DNA from: Lama glama
Lineage: Eukaryota
Reading direction: 5' to 3'
Assembly: GCA_028534125.1 (NCBI GenBank)
Contig: CM052816.1
Location: 76,014,001 to 76,078,000 of the forward strand
DNA length: 64,000 nt
Below are positions 1-13,518 of this stretch, piece by piece. Each line of letters begins with the position of its first letter. Position 1 is the first letter of the stretch. Under the pieces are notes generated by a model. The model was not told where the DNA came from, searched no databases, and saw nothing but the letters and a program-made list of their open reading frames with translations. A program made the position numbers and the translations under genes.

Positions 1-1044
1 AGACCAGATACTGTAAAACTCCTAGACAAAAACAGGCAGACCACTCTTGGATGTAAATCACAGCAATACTTTTTTTGAACCAGCTCCTGGAGTAATGGAA
101 ATAAAAGCAAAAATAAACAAATGGGATCTAATTAAACTTAAAAGCATTTACACAGCTAAGGATACCATCAACAAAATGAAAAGACAACCTACAGCATGGG
201 AGAAAATATTTGCAAATGATGTAACTGACAAGGGAATAAATTCCAAAATATACAAATAGTTCATACACCTTAATATAAAAAAAAAAATTCAACCCAGTGA
301 AAAAAATGGGCAGAAGACCTAAACAGACATCTCTCCAAAGAAAATAGACAGATAGCCAACAAGCACATGAAAAGATGCTCAACATCACTAATTGTTAGAG
401 AAATGCAAATCAAAGCTACAATGAGATATCACTTCACACCAGCCTGAATGGCCATCATTAAAAAGTCTACAAACGATAAATGCGGAAGAGTGTGTGGAGA
501 AAAGGAACCTTCCTACACTGTTGGTGGGAATGTAGATTGGTGCAGCCACTATGGAGGACAGTATGGAGTTTCCTTAAAAATCTAAAAAATAGACTTATCA
601 AATGATCCAGCAATCCCACTACTGGGCATATACCTGGAGAAAAATATAATTCAAAAAGACACATGCACCCCAATGTTCATAGCAGCACTATTTACAAAAG
701 CTGAGTCATGGAAACAACCCAAATGTCTATTAACAGATGACTGGATAAATAAGAGAGATATATATATCTATATGTAATGGGATACTACTCAGACATAAAG
801 AAGAATAAAACAATGCCATTTACAGCAACATGGATGAACCTGGAGATTGTCATTCTAAGAGAAGTAAACCAGAAAGAGAAAGAAAAATGCCATATGATAT
901 AGTTTATATGTGGAATCTAAATAAAAGGACATAAATGAACTTACCTACAAAACAGAAACAGACCCACAGACATAGAGAACAAACTTATGGTTACCAGGGG
1001 GTAAAGAGGGTGGGAAGGGATAAATTGGGAATTTGAAAATTGCT
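1..1044 (+). mobile_element. LINE-1 fragment: 3' part of ORF2 (disrupted) plus most of the 3'UTR; runs off the window start
   Basis: ORF 47-259 reads EIKAKINKWDLIKLKS..KMKRQPTAWEKIFAN (L1 ORF2 C-terminal region); followed by typical L1 3' sequence (cctacactgttggtgggaatgta, ccagcaatcccactactgggcatatac, gcaacatggatgaacctggag). Confidence 0.95.
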
Positions 1045-1187
1045 TGTGAAGTGATGGAAATGTTAGTTATCTTGATTGTAGTAGTAGTTTAATTGGTGTA
1101 TACATCTATTAAAATTCATCAAACGACATTTGAAATATGTGTAGTTTACTGTACAGGAACCATACCACAATAAAAGTGTTAAAAAAG
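1045..1187 (+). mobile_element. Old L1M (L1MD/ME-type) 3' terminus
   Basis: gtgatggaaatgtt..tatcttgattgtagtagtagttt..tgtatacat..aaaattcatcaaac..aataaaagtgttaaaaaa matches the old L1M 3' end pattern. Confidence 0.75.
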
Positions 1188-2289
1188 AGAGAACAACTAA
1201 GTGAATGGACCCTGTGTAATTGACCAAAGAGATTTAATACACATTATTTGCTGCTGCTTTACTATGTCAACTTACTTGTTCCTCTTGAGTTTCCATAGAT
1301 ATCTGCTAATCATCTTGATCAGGTTGTAGGTCATTAGGAATAGTTTTTCAAAAATGGTGTATTATTGCAGTCTTTTACATCATTTGATCATCTTATTATT
1401 ATTCATCCCAACACAAGAATCTAAAAAACTAGAAGTGGTGTGCATTTTCTCATTTAACCCTCAGAGCACCTTGTCATTTAATATGATTGTTCCCTAGTTT
1501 AAAGAAAGTTAAGGCTTAGGATTCTTTGCTCATGATCACACCGCTGAGCAGGGTCTGTGTTTCTCACTACCAACCCCATGTCTTTCTCGCTGCATGATGG
1601 GATTCACTGTAACTGGACAGTAGGTTCTCTCTGAAATTCACCTGCACTGGTAGAATTCTACAGAAAACAAATTCTGGAGACAAAAAACAAACAAACAAAA
1701 AAAACATGGGCCATGATGGTTTGTTTTTTCTGGGTAGTATTTCACTGCATTTTTAAAACCTATTTCATCCTCCCGACAATAGCATGTTCTGCCATATTTT
1801 CTCTTAAGTCAGTGCTGTACTTCCTCTTGAACACTTTAGAGATTGTGGATCTTTGTCATTCAGTATCATTTAATTTCCTGAATAGAGAAACAAAACAAAA
1901 AGAAATGCAGGAAGTTTAGGTATACATTCATAGTTGGTTTTAATTTCCTGTTTGCCCTTGTAATTGTGGTTTCCCTTATTTTGCTTGTGAAAGCTATAAT
2001 GAATGTTTGAAATATATTTTGTCCATGTAGATTTTCTCATCTTAAAAGAATAAGTAATTGTATATAAGACAGTAGTGTCCATGGATAATTTCCCTTATTA
2101 ATTACTTTTTAGCTTACTTACATGCTTAAATTTGGTTTCAACACATTTTTACACTGATATATGGGGGATACAAGGAGAATGTGTTACTAAAATCCCTTGA
2201 GTTTTTTGGCTGTCAATACTGATTGTGAAGTTTAAGAAAAATGAAAATGGTGAAGAATGTTTCATATGTTAATTTCCAAATGCATTGCA

Positions 2290-2921
2290 TTTAATTTCTT
2301 TTTCGATTTTAAAGGTAATATGAACTTATTGGAAAAAAATAAGAGAGTCATTCCGTTTCATAACTCCTTCTGTACCACCTCCACCACTTCTACCCCTAAG
2401 CTATCTCCCTCCCCAGTGGTAGCCATGCTAATCATTTGGGGGGTGTGTATATCTGTATTTCCAGAAAGAGGCAGAAAAATAACAGATATAGAACAAATAC
2501 GTAAGTCTTTTAAATTTGATTTTTCTTTGCTTATTGGTATATCATAAACATCTTTCCTTACCAGTATATATAGACCAAACTCATGCTTTTAAAATTGCTT
2601 CATAGTGTTTCTTAGAATGTTTATACTGCAATTTACTTAATCATTCTCCTATTTACCGATATTTTGACAGGTATATTGACACATATTTCCAGTATTTCTC
2701 TAGTAATATAGTGTTCTGCAGAGAATATCCTCATGTTTATATCTTTGTGCTCCTGTGTGCATTACTACAGGAGAGAATCTTAGAAGAAGAATGCCTGGTC
2801 CAAAGGGTATGCATTTTTAAAATGTTGATAGCCTGTTTAATTACCCTAAAACGTTCTGTGAAAATGTGTTATTACCACATATTGTGTGAGTCTGATCATT
2901 TCCTTATACCCTCACAAGCAT
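2290..2921 (-). mobile_element. Old L1ME-type fragment
   Basis: Antisense L1M 3' motifs: gcaatttacttaatcattctcctatt, ggtccaaagggtatgcatttttaaaatg, catttccttataccctcacaagca. Confidence 0.65.
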
Positions 2922-3879
2922 GAAAAGCTGGCTTTTCTTGGTTTCCTATGGAAGCAGGTCCTGAGACGATACGTGCAGATGAAAAAAACAAAACAAAACT
3001 GAAACGTTAAAAAAAATTTTACAGTTCCAAGTAGAATGCTGATAGTTGAAATCAGTCAGTTCTTTTTCTTATTAAAAGCCCTTTGTTTATACCTTTAAAA
3101 CATAGAATTCATTCAAGTCATAAAATTAGAGAAGCTTTCTTCCAGCTCTTTAGTTCTGTGAGTGATTCCCTTCAACTCTGGGCTATTAGGGAAGGTTTCA
3201 GAAGAGTACTTCTGGGTTGATCTTTGAAGAATGATTAGGATTTCTCTAGGAGAGAAGAGGGGCATGGGTTTTCCAGGCTGTGAGAAGTAGTCAAGGGTGG
3301 AAGGATAAAAGGGTATTGAAACTGGAAGGTCACTGTCACATGCTATCACTAGCCAAATTTTCGGTCCCAGTCTCAGTCTTCACCCTCTCTTACCCCAGCA
3401 CTAAATGAAGTTGGAGGTGCTGGAAGAGCTGATTCAGCTTATTCTTAGGTGGTCTCTTACCAATTAGTATGAATGAAGAATAGCTGATAGATCCTCCTAA
3501 CCCCCAAATTCTGACCTCAAATCTGTTGCAATGCCTGAAATCCCATCATTAGGATTATGGCTTTCAATTTAAGACATAGAGGGCAGTCTTTTAAAGATAT
3601 TCATAAAATTAGTGAGGGTGATTGTGTCAGTGACAAAGAGGATAACACTTTACTATGACTTCACTCAGTGGAGTTAAGAGACTGTAGGGATTTCTTAGAT
3701 TTGAAAGAGAAAAGTGAGAATGGGTTGAAGCAGTGGTCCTTGGTCTAGAATTTCTGAGCACATTGGAGTCTAAGAACTTCAGGATTGATTGGAATAGTAA
3801 CAGTATCACCAATAATAAATAATAATGTCAATGATTTTAGTCATGCAAAAGCAACAACAGAAATGACAAAAAAATTAGA

Positions 3880-4090
3880 ATTTGTTGAGTTTTTGCATTG
3901 AGCCTGTGTTTTACGTACTTTAATTCATGTAATCCTCACAACACACTGTGGGATTGATTTTATTATTCTCACTGTATTATAGATGAGGGAACTGATGAGA
4001 CTTGTGAAGGTTAAACAATTTGTTGGAAGATCACAAAGCTAGTAAACTAGAGTCTGAACATCTGTTAGTGTGACTCCAAAACCCATGACT
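3880..4090 (-). mobile_element. MIR SINE
   Basis: taatcctcacaacaacactgtg..attattctcactgtattatagatgaggaaactg-like core..aaggttaaacaattt..atcacaaagctagtaaa. Confidence 0.75.
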
Positions 4091-4556
4091 TGAGGACACC
4101 AGGTTACCAAGTTGGCAACCAAAGCAAACATTGCTTAGATCACATCTTTATGTACATCCAGGCCTGGGTACAGAAGAAGATCAGCCCATATAAGGGGCAG
4201 GTGGTGCCAAGCCATGGCTCTGGTCTCTTTCTGTTGCCACTCTTATTTGTGGATAAGTTATGGGTACCTGGGAACACCCTGGCTGTACCCGTATTTTCTC
4301 CCTTTGGAGTTTGTTCCTGTGGTGGGTTATGATCTGCAGTGATTTTCCTGGTCTTATATGCCCTATGCATGGTGCTGCTGAAAGCTTACCCATCCTTGCC
4401 AGTGTATTCTAATGTTTAAACAACAGGGCAGAGGAAGAGACTGAAATGGTGCAAATTAGGACACTTCATAAATAGGTAAATTTCAGTCTATATTGAGCTA
4501 GAATTACTTTCAGCGGTTGAAAGCTGGTTATGATATTACCATCTTGGACTATTGCT

Positions 4557-4765
4557 CTGTAGTTCTCAACTAGGGATAATTTTGTCCCCCAAAGACAATA
4601 TTTGGAGACATTTTTTATTGTTATATCTGGGGATGGGGAGTGCTTCTAACATCAAGTGGGTAGAACCTGGGGTGCTACTAAATATTCTACGAGGCACAAG
4701 GCAGCCTCAAAAACAAAGAATGATCTTACCCAAAAGGTCAGTAGTGCCAAGGTTGAGAAACTCTG
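4557..4765 (+). mobile_element. MER20 (hAT-Charlie MITE), near full length
   Basis: Starts gtagttctcaactaggg..ttttgtccccc, ends aaagaatgatcttacccaaaaggtcagtagtgccaaggttgagaaactctg; terminal inverted repeats visible. Confidence 0.9.
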
Positions 4766-5532
4766 TACTAATAAAACACACTGGAAACTAATTTTTACGA
4801 TATGTTCTCTGTGGCAATCAGAGTAGAATATATTTTCATATTTCCCCTTTCAAAGTTATTGTCATTTATTCTTGCACAATAGTCATGTCAATTATATGTG
4901 AAAATGTGGTCCAGTCACACTGAAGGGCCTTCTTCCCCTCCCCTGCCGCCCTCCCCACCCTCCTTCTTCCTCCTTTTCCTGTCCCCTTCTTCTACATGCA
5001 TGGGCTGCATATGTTTCCTAGAAAAAGAAGTAGAAGATTCTGGATCTCATGCTGGGTTTGAGAACAGAGGACTATACTTAAAAGCCAGTTTTTCTTCTTA
5101 GGTAGCATCTAGTTAAACAGAATCCTTTTTCTTCAGAAGTAATTTGGCTTGACTTTTTTGTGTCTGGTTTACCTGTACGAAGGCATAAATAGTGATGGGC
5201 GAGAGCAGGACAAATATGTAAGCAGTTGGGGTCATGTGGCAAATGTGTGAGAGCAATTTAACACCACAGTCCTTGGAAAGATACCCTTTTCTCTCATAAA
5301 ATAATAGTGGAATCAGATGATAAAGCTTTCCAAGTAGTCTCCTTGACTTCCCTATTTCTAGAAAACCCAAACTTAAAGAAAACTCAGAAGGAAGTCCTGA
5401 TACTTTATTCTTATAATCCTTTCAGAAGAAATAATCTATAGTTCGTTTTCATTATTATAATTAACCAAGTAATGTGTTATTCATTTAGCCTTATCCAAAT
5501 GTCTTCTGTTGTTTCCATGTCTTGTTTACTCT

Positions 5533-5633
5533 TGAATATGAAAAGGAATGTTTGTATGCACAACTGAATCACTATGCTGTACACCAGAAATTAACACAAC
5601 ACTATAAATCGACTATACCTCAATTAAAAAAGA
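5533..5633 (+). mobile_element. Short L1 3' end with A tail
   Basis: aactgaatcactatgctgtacaccagaaattaacacaacactataaatcgactatacctcaattaaaaaa; same terminus as the other young L1s in the window. Confidence 0.85.
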
Positions 5634-7639
5634 AAGTCTCCTGTTGCAATTCGAGGTTGTCCAGTCTAGTGGAAATGGAGAATTGTTCCTTTATTGTCTG
5701 TAATCTATATATACAGTATTTGAAAAAAGTGAAATTCTATCACTGTTTTCCTAAACAACTCGCATATTTGGTCCTTGTCTGCGGGGCCTATTTCCAACCC
5801 TTTGATTATATATGTCTGTCATATTCCTAGAATACTTGTTGTAAATGCAAATCCCTGGGTCATCTTTTCAGGCATCCTCAAGGGGGTGGGACCCTGGGGA
5901 CATGTAGTTTTTACAAGATCCTCAAGTGATACACACTAAAGATTTTGAGACCCACCGGAATAGTGAGATTGACCTTCTTTCCCAGGTTATTTTAATGAGT
6001 GTTTCCAGCTTCTCTGGAGATTAGCTTTGCTTTACACATTAGCTAGTCATCTTACCTAAGTAGGTATATGTTCCCCTTGGTCTTTGGTTATCCAGAGACA
6101 AAATGTAGATAGTAACTTTACTAACACATAAGAAGAATGTTAAGAGATATTGGATGCACCCAGTGTTGTTATTGAAAGAGCACATGAATATGTGGAATAT
6201 GTACCTCTCTTTTCAGAGAGAAATAGCTGAGGGTAAATAAGTCTGTCTCCATTTGGAGCCCGTCTACTTCAACTAGTCTTTGCCTCATAACAGGGCATTT
6301 GTCTTTTACAATGGCAAACACACTGCTAATAGTGGAGGATGTTTTATGACATTTACATAGCCACACCCGAGCTTTATTTTAATTCTTTCTCTGACAATTC
6401 TTGAAAGAGAGCCAGAGTTTTAAAAGATGTACATTTGTAAGGCGTTTGCTTCAAGTCAGTTCTCTTCTGAGTATAGTATTCTTTCTAGCAATTTCCACCA
6501 TCGCTGAGGCTAACAGTAGAAAACTGGGGTGTAGAAGAAACGGGGTAGAGTCATAGACAATCGCATGGTCCTTTAGCCTTCTTCATAAGAGGGCCCCCAA
6601 ATGCCTTGGAGTAAAAGGTCAACAGGACCAATTCTACCAACACTACATATTTTAATGATACTACATAGTCTTGGTTTAAAGGGACTCAGAACTTGATGGC
6701 TTTAATTTCTGTATTCTAAACACCAATAATTCAAGCTCCAGCAATGGTTCTGGGAATGTTTGTCCAAACCTAGTGGCCCAAGGTTTCAAGATCATGGTGT
6801 GTTGGAGCTCCAGCCTGTATAGAATAAAGATCATGAAGAAAGGTACACAAGAGGTCAGAAAGATGACTCTGCTTCCTGTTATTGTTTTTTTCCTGACTTA
6901 GAAAGACTTTTTTTTTTTCTCTTGGTTTGCTTCTACTTTGATAGTTATCTTTGGCTTGATAATTTGAAGATCTAATTAATTATTCTGCATTGAACATGAT
7001 TTGTGCATTCTGAGCATGCATGAAAGACCCATTAAGGTGCCTTATAAGGATTCTCCTCTGTGGATTCAGGGATAGTTTGTTGTCCAGACACTGGTGAGGA
7101 TAGAAGGAAACCAAGGTAACCATGGCCAGCAGGGCACTTGGGTCTAGAAGCCTTTACTGTTCTTGGAACTATTCTCAGAGTTGTTTTCCCCACTTACTGC
7201 TTCACTTTGCCCCATCAGTCAGGCTGCATGGGGTAGTGCCCTGAGGACATATACTGTTCATGCCCCTACTGAATGATGTTGGAGGTGAGGGCTCAGTTGT
7301 GGAATCTGCCTTCCTTGGACATCAGAAAAAGTGCTAGAGTGGGAACTGACTTACTCAGAATCTAACTTATGAAGGAAATGGAGACATAATCCTGGATTTG
7401 AGCATCAGCACAGGTGAAAGGGGATGTTCAGAGAGACTCCACAAAATCTCTATGGGGCCGTATACCATAGCTGAATTAAATAGTGCATGTATAATGATAT
7501 GAATCCATTGAAAAAGGAGCCTAGTAAGAAGGACAATAAAATATTAAAAAGCCACACTGACTGCGCTCTCTTTGCAGGCCAACGATAGCACCACATTCCC
7601 CTTTGCCGAGAACACCATTTGCTAATCATGGCCAAGATT

Positions 7640-7820
7640 ATTGAACTCCTACTACGTGGCAGCCTGTTTTAAGTCTTACAACAATCCCTAGTGGTGGTTT
7701 CCTACTAACTTCCACCTTTTACAGATGAGGAAATTGAAGTTTAGTAATATTAACTCTTCTAAGATCACACAACCAGCAGGGGTGGCCTGAGTCTGACCAA
7801 TTTTAGAGTTTATGCTCCTG
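7640..7820 (-). mobile_element. MIR SINE
   Basis: cttacaacaatccctag..cacctttttacagatgaggaaattgaagtttag-like core..aagatcacacaaccagcag. Confidence 0.7.
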
Positions 7821-9719
7821 CCCACAAGTAGGTTATCTCCTTTGGGAGGAGAACTGGGGAAACATGCAAGCAGATAAATGTGAATGTGAGTGTCTGAATT
7901 GTTCTTATGGGATTAATTGAGAAACTAGTTGACTGCCACAATTTCAGAGCTGGGAGATAGAAGTTTACGGCTCTAAAAGCTAAAGAATCCTTCCATAATC
8001 TTTTTTTTGCAGCTAGGGAAAGTAAATTGCATTGCCAAATACTCCCCATTTCTCAACTTCCTGGAGCTAAATGGTTGGACAACATTTATTCATTTGATTT
8101 CCAAAAAACTAGAATGACCCAAGATGTTTTGTTACTCCTTATTACTTGGCATTTTGCCAAGTCCCACCTAATCTATTATGTATTCCACGTGGGCCCTGTC
8201 TGGGTGTTGTCTTTTGGGGTAAGAAATGGGGTGAAAATAAATGCGCTTTATTACCGAGACGTCCTAACACCCACGTAGGACGGTGTCATCTGTGACTATA
8301 TCTTGATTGGGTTTCTCAGTAGAAGCTCCAGTATCCTTTAGACTCACAACCTCGTTTGTTCCCTTCTTGTTCTATGTACTTATCACTGGTTTGCCTTTCC
8401 TTGATCATATGTTTCCTGTTTAGCCATGATGACATTACTGCTTGCATTTCCCATTCAACCCCTGAAATTTAGATTTAGTCTGTTAGAACAATGTTTACTT
8501 TTCCTGTTTTTGTTTTCCTAGATGAACGCTGTTTAAGTATATATTTAGTCTTCGCCCAATGGAGAGGGTTGTATGACATCTGCCTCAGCTAAACTTGGAT
8601 ATTTTAATTTTCATTTCCTTATCTGTCCTTTGCTTTCAAAATAGATTTTGTTGGGACTTTTACATTCTAAGCTCAGTAATATATCAAAATGTCATTCATC
8701 TTTGAACTCCAGATGCTCCAAACCCTACTTGTCATATTTGTTAAATGAATGAACTCAAGATGGATTAAAGATTAGATACTTCAGGTAAAGTACTTCATAA
8801 TCAACTGCTAGAGAGGACTTTCCTATTACTCAGGGTTTTGCACTGTCTTGGAGGTCTATCATGGTGCTGCAATCCATATATTGTTTTATGATATTGATTT
8901 GTACAGGCCTGTATTGTGCAGTAGAGTCTGAGTGGTAATGTTTGGCAAATAGGAGGGGTATGTAATTTGCTTTCAGTGATTCAAACATGTTTCCATAACA
9001 ACTCTTTTGTTTGCTTCTTTGGTTTATTTTTATTTTTTTATTTTTTATTTTTTTGAGGCTTGATCAGAGACTAGACTGTCACATCCTGCATATTTGAATT
9101 TTTTATACAGCTTCTCTTTTCATGCATATCATTTGATCACTTGTCTGTACAAGTGGTAGAGCCAACTTCATAATTACCTTCATTTAAGTATGTGGGCCAA
9201 TTTTGAATATACATTTAGGAGGTGATACTAATAACAGTAGAACTAAATTCCATGGATTTTCCTATTTCTGACACTTCTGGGCAATATTCAAGGAAAAAGT
9301 CAGCCAAAATAGTTGACTAAATTGGTTAATGAATTTTAATCCCAATGTGTCATTTATAGACACAGCCCGAGAGATCTAAAATTAATATATGCTAAGGTTG
9401 AAAAAAACTCTGCAACAATAACTTGACTGACTTATCTTTCCTTGTTTAGAATCTTCTGGATGGTTATAGGAAAGAATTTAGTGTTCTTTCAGTGTATAAG
9501 TAGAATTTATTTGTTCCATGTGCATGCTTGTGCAAACTACTAATTATGAGTTATAAAGATAATAGGCATGTTTTGTCAGTGGCTACTGAGCAGGAGAGAG
9601 GCATCCTAGGTCCATGCAGATGTAATATAGTCATCTTCTACTTCTTTATGCTAGTCTTGCGTAGGATAACAAGTTTGGGATTTTTTCAGTGTTCCAGTAA
9701 ACAGTTGCCATGCCAGTTG

Positions 9720-9903
9720 GAGTAGAAAGAATGTTGTCCTGGGAGTCCAGAAATCTGGATTGTAGATTCTGTGCTGTACTAACAAGCTGTGTGATCTTTA
9801 GAACACCTTTTCATCCAGGCCTCCATTTACTTACCTGTTAAGATAGAATAGAAGTTGGACTAAATAAGCTCTCACAATGCTTCTAGCACAGACATGCTAT
9901 GAG
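9720..9903 (+). mobile_element. MIR/MIR3 SINE
   Basis: ctgggagtccagaaatctggat..actaacaagctgtgtgatc..ggcctccatttacttacctgttaagat..gttggactaaataagctctc..cttctagc. Confidence 0.7.
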
Positions 9904-10109
9904 TTAAATCTATTTTATTTATATCTCTGAATCTGGAAAGATATTATCTTCTTGAGCAGTGGAAAATTGAGCTGCTCTTTATGTTGTAAAAGTGAACCTG
10001 GGCTGTCCATTGCCTTTAATGCAATCAGTAAGCCCTGGATGCTGGCTACTGGGAGCATAAGAGATAAAGTAGCTAATAAAAGTGCAATAACCATAGCAGT
10101 GTGATTAAT

Positions 10110-10300
10110 GATCAGTTACTAAGTTCCAGGCAATATGCTGTTTTCAGATATTATCTTATTTATTCTCACCATAATCCTGTGAGGTAGATTTTACATGTGA
10201 GAAAATTGAAGGCTAGAGAGTTTAATAACTTGCCAAAGACCATGAGTCTGGTAATTGTCTGAACCAGGATTGAAATCGAGGTTTTGTGCTAATAGCCAAT
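10110..10300 (-). mobile_element. MIR SINE interrupted by an L1
   Basis: ataatcctgtgaggtag..gagaaaattgaaggctagagagtttaataacttgccaaag..gaaccaggattgaaatcgagg. Confidence 0.75.
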
Positions 10301-10872
10301 TAAAAATTTTTTTTCATATTCTTTTTTTAATTGAACTATAGTCAGTTTACAATGCTGTGTCAATTTCTGGTGTACAGCACAATGTCCAGTCATACATATA
10401 CATACATATATTTGTTTTCATATTCTTTTTCATTATAGGTTACTGTAAGATATTGAATATAGTTTCCTGTGCTATACAGAAGAAACTTGTTTATCTAATT
10501 TATGTATAGTACTTAGTATCTGCAAACCTTAAACTCTCAATTTATCCGTTCCCACTTTATTCTCCCCAGTAACCATAAGTTTGTTTTCCATGTCTGTGAA
10601 TCTATTTCTGTTTTGTAAATAAGTTCATTTGTCTTTTTTTTTAGATCCCATATATAAGTGATATCATTTGGTATTTTTCTTTCTTCTTCTGGCTTACTTC
10701 ACTTAGAATGACGATCACCAGGTCCATCCATGTTGCTGCGAATGGCATTATTTTATTATGTTTTATGGCTGAGTAGTATTCCATTATATAAATATACCAC
10801 AACTTATTTATCCAGTCATCTGTCAATGGACATTTAGGTTGTTTGCACATCTTGGCTATTGTAAATAGTGCG
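10301..10872 (-). mobile_element. 5'-truncated L1 (end of ORF2 + 3'UTR)
   Basis: Minus ORF 10641-10886 contains ALFTIAKMCKQPKCPLTDDWINKLWYIYIMEYYSAIK..FAATWMDL (L1 ORF2 C-terminus); candidate TSD taatagccaat (10290-10300) / taacagccaat (10873-10883). Confidence 0.95.
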
Positions 10873-10944
10873 TAACAGCCAATCATGATCTCCTAAGCTC
10901 CACTGCCTCTATTTGCAAAACTCACTCTCCTTGGACTTCATTGT

Positions 10945-11335
10945 GAGATACCATGTTCTGGGCACTGCTCTAGAAGAAATGACTGGGATAGATTAAAAAA
11001 TAGATAAAGAGTTTCCTTCCTGCAGCTTATGTTCTAGCAAGAGAAGATAGTATCAGCAGACGTAGTAAACAAATGTATTACATGGTGTTTTAGCAGGTGG
11101 TAAGTCTGAGGAAAAGCAAAAGCAAAGCTAGGTGAAGGGAGTTAGATATGTGTGTGAATGGAGTGGGGTGGGTTGCAATCTTGGATGGGGCAGTCAGGAT
11201 GGGCATCATTGGAATGATAATTTTGAATAAGGGACCTGAGGTAGGTAAGGAAATTAGTTATGTGAATAGCTGTTAGAAAAGCATTCTGGGCAGAGTGAAC
11301 AACAGGGTCCTCTGTGGGGAATGTGCTTGGTTTCA
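10945..11335 (-). mobile_element. L2 LINE 3' fragment
   Basis: ccatgttctgggcactg..cagcttatgttctag..gtcaggatgggcatcattgg..gacctgagg..gcattctgggcagagtgaacaac. Confidence 0.75.
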
Positions 11336-11559
11336 GCAATTTAGTTATTTATTACACAGGAAATAACCACAATAAAGAGAACATTGAGAATCTAATTTAG
11401 ACACTTCCATTCCTGCTTGTGGTTATGTTCGTATTATAAGCAGGTTGACTTTTTTCTTTCTTATCAGTATGTTCCATCCTGCTTACCCAGCTGTCTGCCT
11501 GAAATGTTTTTTTCCCACAAGAGGCTTTTCAGTCTTCATTTTACTTTGCTCTAATGTAG

Positions 11560-12075
11560 CAGTTCTCAAGACTTTCTGACCTCCAGACACTTTTAAACTC
11601 TTAAAAATTGCTGAGGCCTCAGAGCTGTTGGACTATCTTTATTAACATATACTATATTAGAAATTAAGACAGAAATTAAAAAAAATTATTTAACTTATTT
11701 ACAGTAATAAACCTATTGCATGTTAATACAAATAACATATTTTCATGAAAAATTACTTTTTCCAAAACAAAAAATATAATGAGAATAGTGGCATTATTTT
11801 ATCTTTTTGCAGATCTCCTTAATGATTGGCTTGATAGAAGATAGCTGGATTCTCATACTTGCTTCTGCATTTAATGTGTTGCAGTAAGTTGTTTGGGTTG
11901 AAACATCTGAAGAAAACCCAGCCTCACACAGATATATAGTTGAAAGAGTGAGAAGTATTTTATTAGCCTTTCAAATAACTGAGGATAGTCTCTCTCGACA
12001 CTATACTCAAAGTGGACAAGTGGTACTTTCTGAAGAGTTAGTTGCAATTTGGAATATGAAGCTCCATTAATGAGC
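11560..12075 (-). mobile_element. Charlie1-type hAT DNA transposon, 3' end with degenerate transposase C-terminal (dimerisation) region
   Basis: Minus ORF 11871-12092 contains VPLVHFEYSVERDYPQLFERL (hAT C-terminal F-W..YPQL pattern); terminal cagttctcaa; AT-rich subterminal region typical of Charlie1. Confidence 0.8.
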
Positions 12076-12559
12076 TTCTTATTTTGGTCCATACATCACA
12101 TGATATAGTATTACCCAGTCACTGAAATTTTTGTTTTCTGCTTGCAACACAGGGCAGAAAGGATGTAAGTGAGTATTTAATATCTTTACTCACCTCCCCC
12201 TCCAGAAAAGGGCTGTATCTATCTCAGCAAAATGGAGAAATCACTTTGACAGAGGTTCAGATTCCAGTCAAGGGAGACATTTGTTAGCGGGGTTGTCCTC
12301 TCCTATGCAGGAAACGACTGCCCTAGTCTGATGGAGCTCTCTGCTCTCTCTCTGTGTGATGGGCCATCTGGAGGGTAGAAATGCCCAGTGCTGTGCTGAG
12401 TGGTACATCCATGCTCCACAGGACATTGGACCAGCAGGTTAAGCATCACCTGGAGACTTGATATAAATGTAAATTCTCAGTTCCAAGGCTGAGTAGGGGG
12501 TGGGTACTGGCAGCATTTAGCATTTATGAATGAGGGGGCCTCCATCCTTCCCCGTAGAA

Positions 12560-12747
12560 CAGAGGTTCTCAACCTTGGCTGTATGTTAAAATCCATGGAG
12601 AATTTAAAAAGCAAAACAAAATGAAAAACCAATGCCATGGCTTCTGTACCAGAGATGCTAATTTAATTAGTCTAGGGATAGGCCAAGGACAAGGGCATCA
12701 GTATTTTTTAACTCTCTTTGAGTGATTCTAATGTACAGAATCACTGT
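12560..12747. mobile_element. MER5B-like MITE
   Basis: gaggttctcaaccttggctgtatgttaaaatc..ccagagatgctaatttaattagtctaggg..ggcatcagtattttt..gtgattctaatgtacag. Confidence 0.75.
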
Positions 12748-12754
12748 GGCAGAA

Positions 12755-12968
12755 CATATTTCTTAACTTCAGCATTATTGACATTTTGAATTGGATAATT
12801 CTTTGTTGTGAGGAACTGTCCTGTGAATTATAGGACGTTTAGCAGCTTCCCTGGCCTTTATGTACTAGATGTCCTTCAAATCCCTTCTCTGATTTGTGAA
12901 AACAGAAGTGTCTCCACATACTGCCAAATGTCCCCTGGGAGGCAAAACTGTCAAGTTGAGGACTATAG
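12755..12968 (-). mobile_element. MER20 MITE
   Basis: tttcttaacttcagcattattgacattttgaattggataattctttgttgtg..ctgccaaatgtcccctgggaggcaaaa; reverse complement of the 4557-4765 element type. Confidence 0.9.
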
Positions 12969-13083
12969 CTCTACAAGAATAATATTCTGGGTTTAGTGCA
13001 GCACTGCCTAGTAGAATTACAATGCTAGCTATGTGTGTAATTAAAACATTTTTAGTAGCCACATGAAAATAAGCAAAATAAAA

Positions 13084-13417
13084 CCTTACACCTGTCAGAA
13101 AGGCTATCATCAAAAAGACCATAAAAACAAATGTTGGGGAGGATGTGGAGAAAGGGAACACTTGTACACTATTGGTGGGAATGTAATTTGGTGCATCTGC
13201 TTTGGAAAAGAGTATGAAGGTTCCTCACAAAACTAAAAATAGAACTACCATATAACCCAGCAATTCTGCTCTTGGGTATATAGCCAAAGAAAATGAAAAT
13301 ATTTTTTGGAAAGATACATGCACCCTAGTCTTCACAGCAGCATTATTTACAATAGCCAAGACATGGAAGCAACCTGTGTCCATCAACAGACAAATGGGTA
13401 AAGAAGATGTGGTATAT

Positions 13418-13449
<32 letters not shown>

Positions 13450-13470
13450 GTGTGTATATATATATATATA

Positions 13471-13518
<48 letters not shown>

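Noticed and set aside
4090..4393. Overlapping ORFs on both strands in a moderately GC-rich patch
   Set aside because: No recognisable protein similarity and no convincing splice-bounded frame; expected by chance.
8495..8570. Strong splice-acceptor-like tract ttttcctgtttttgttttcctag
   Set aside because: No good donor or recognisable coding frame follows.
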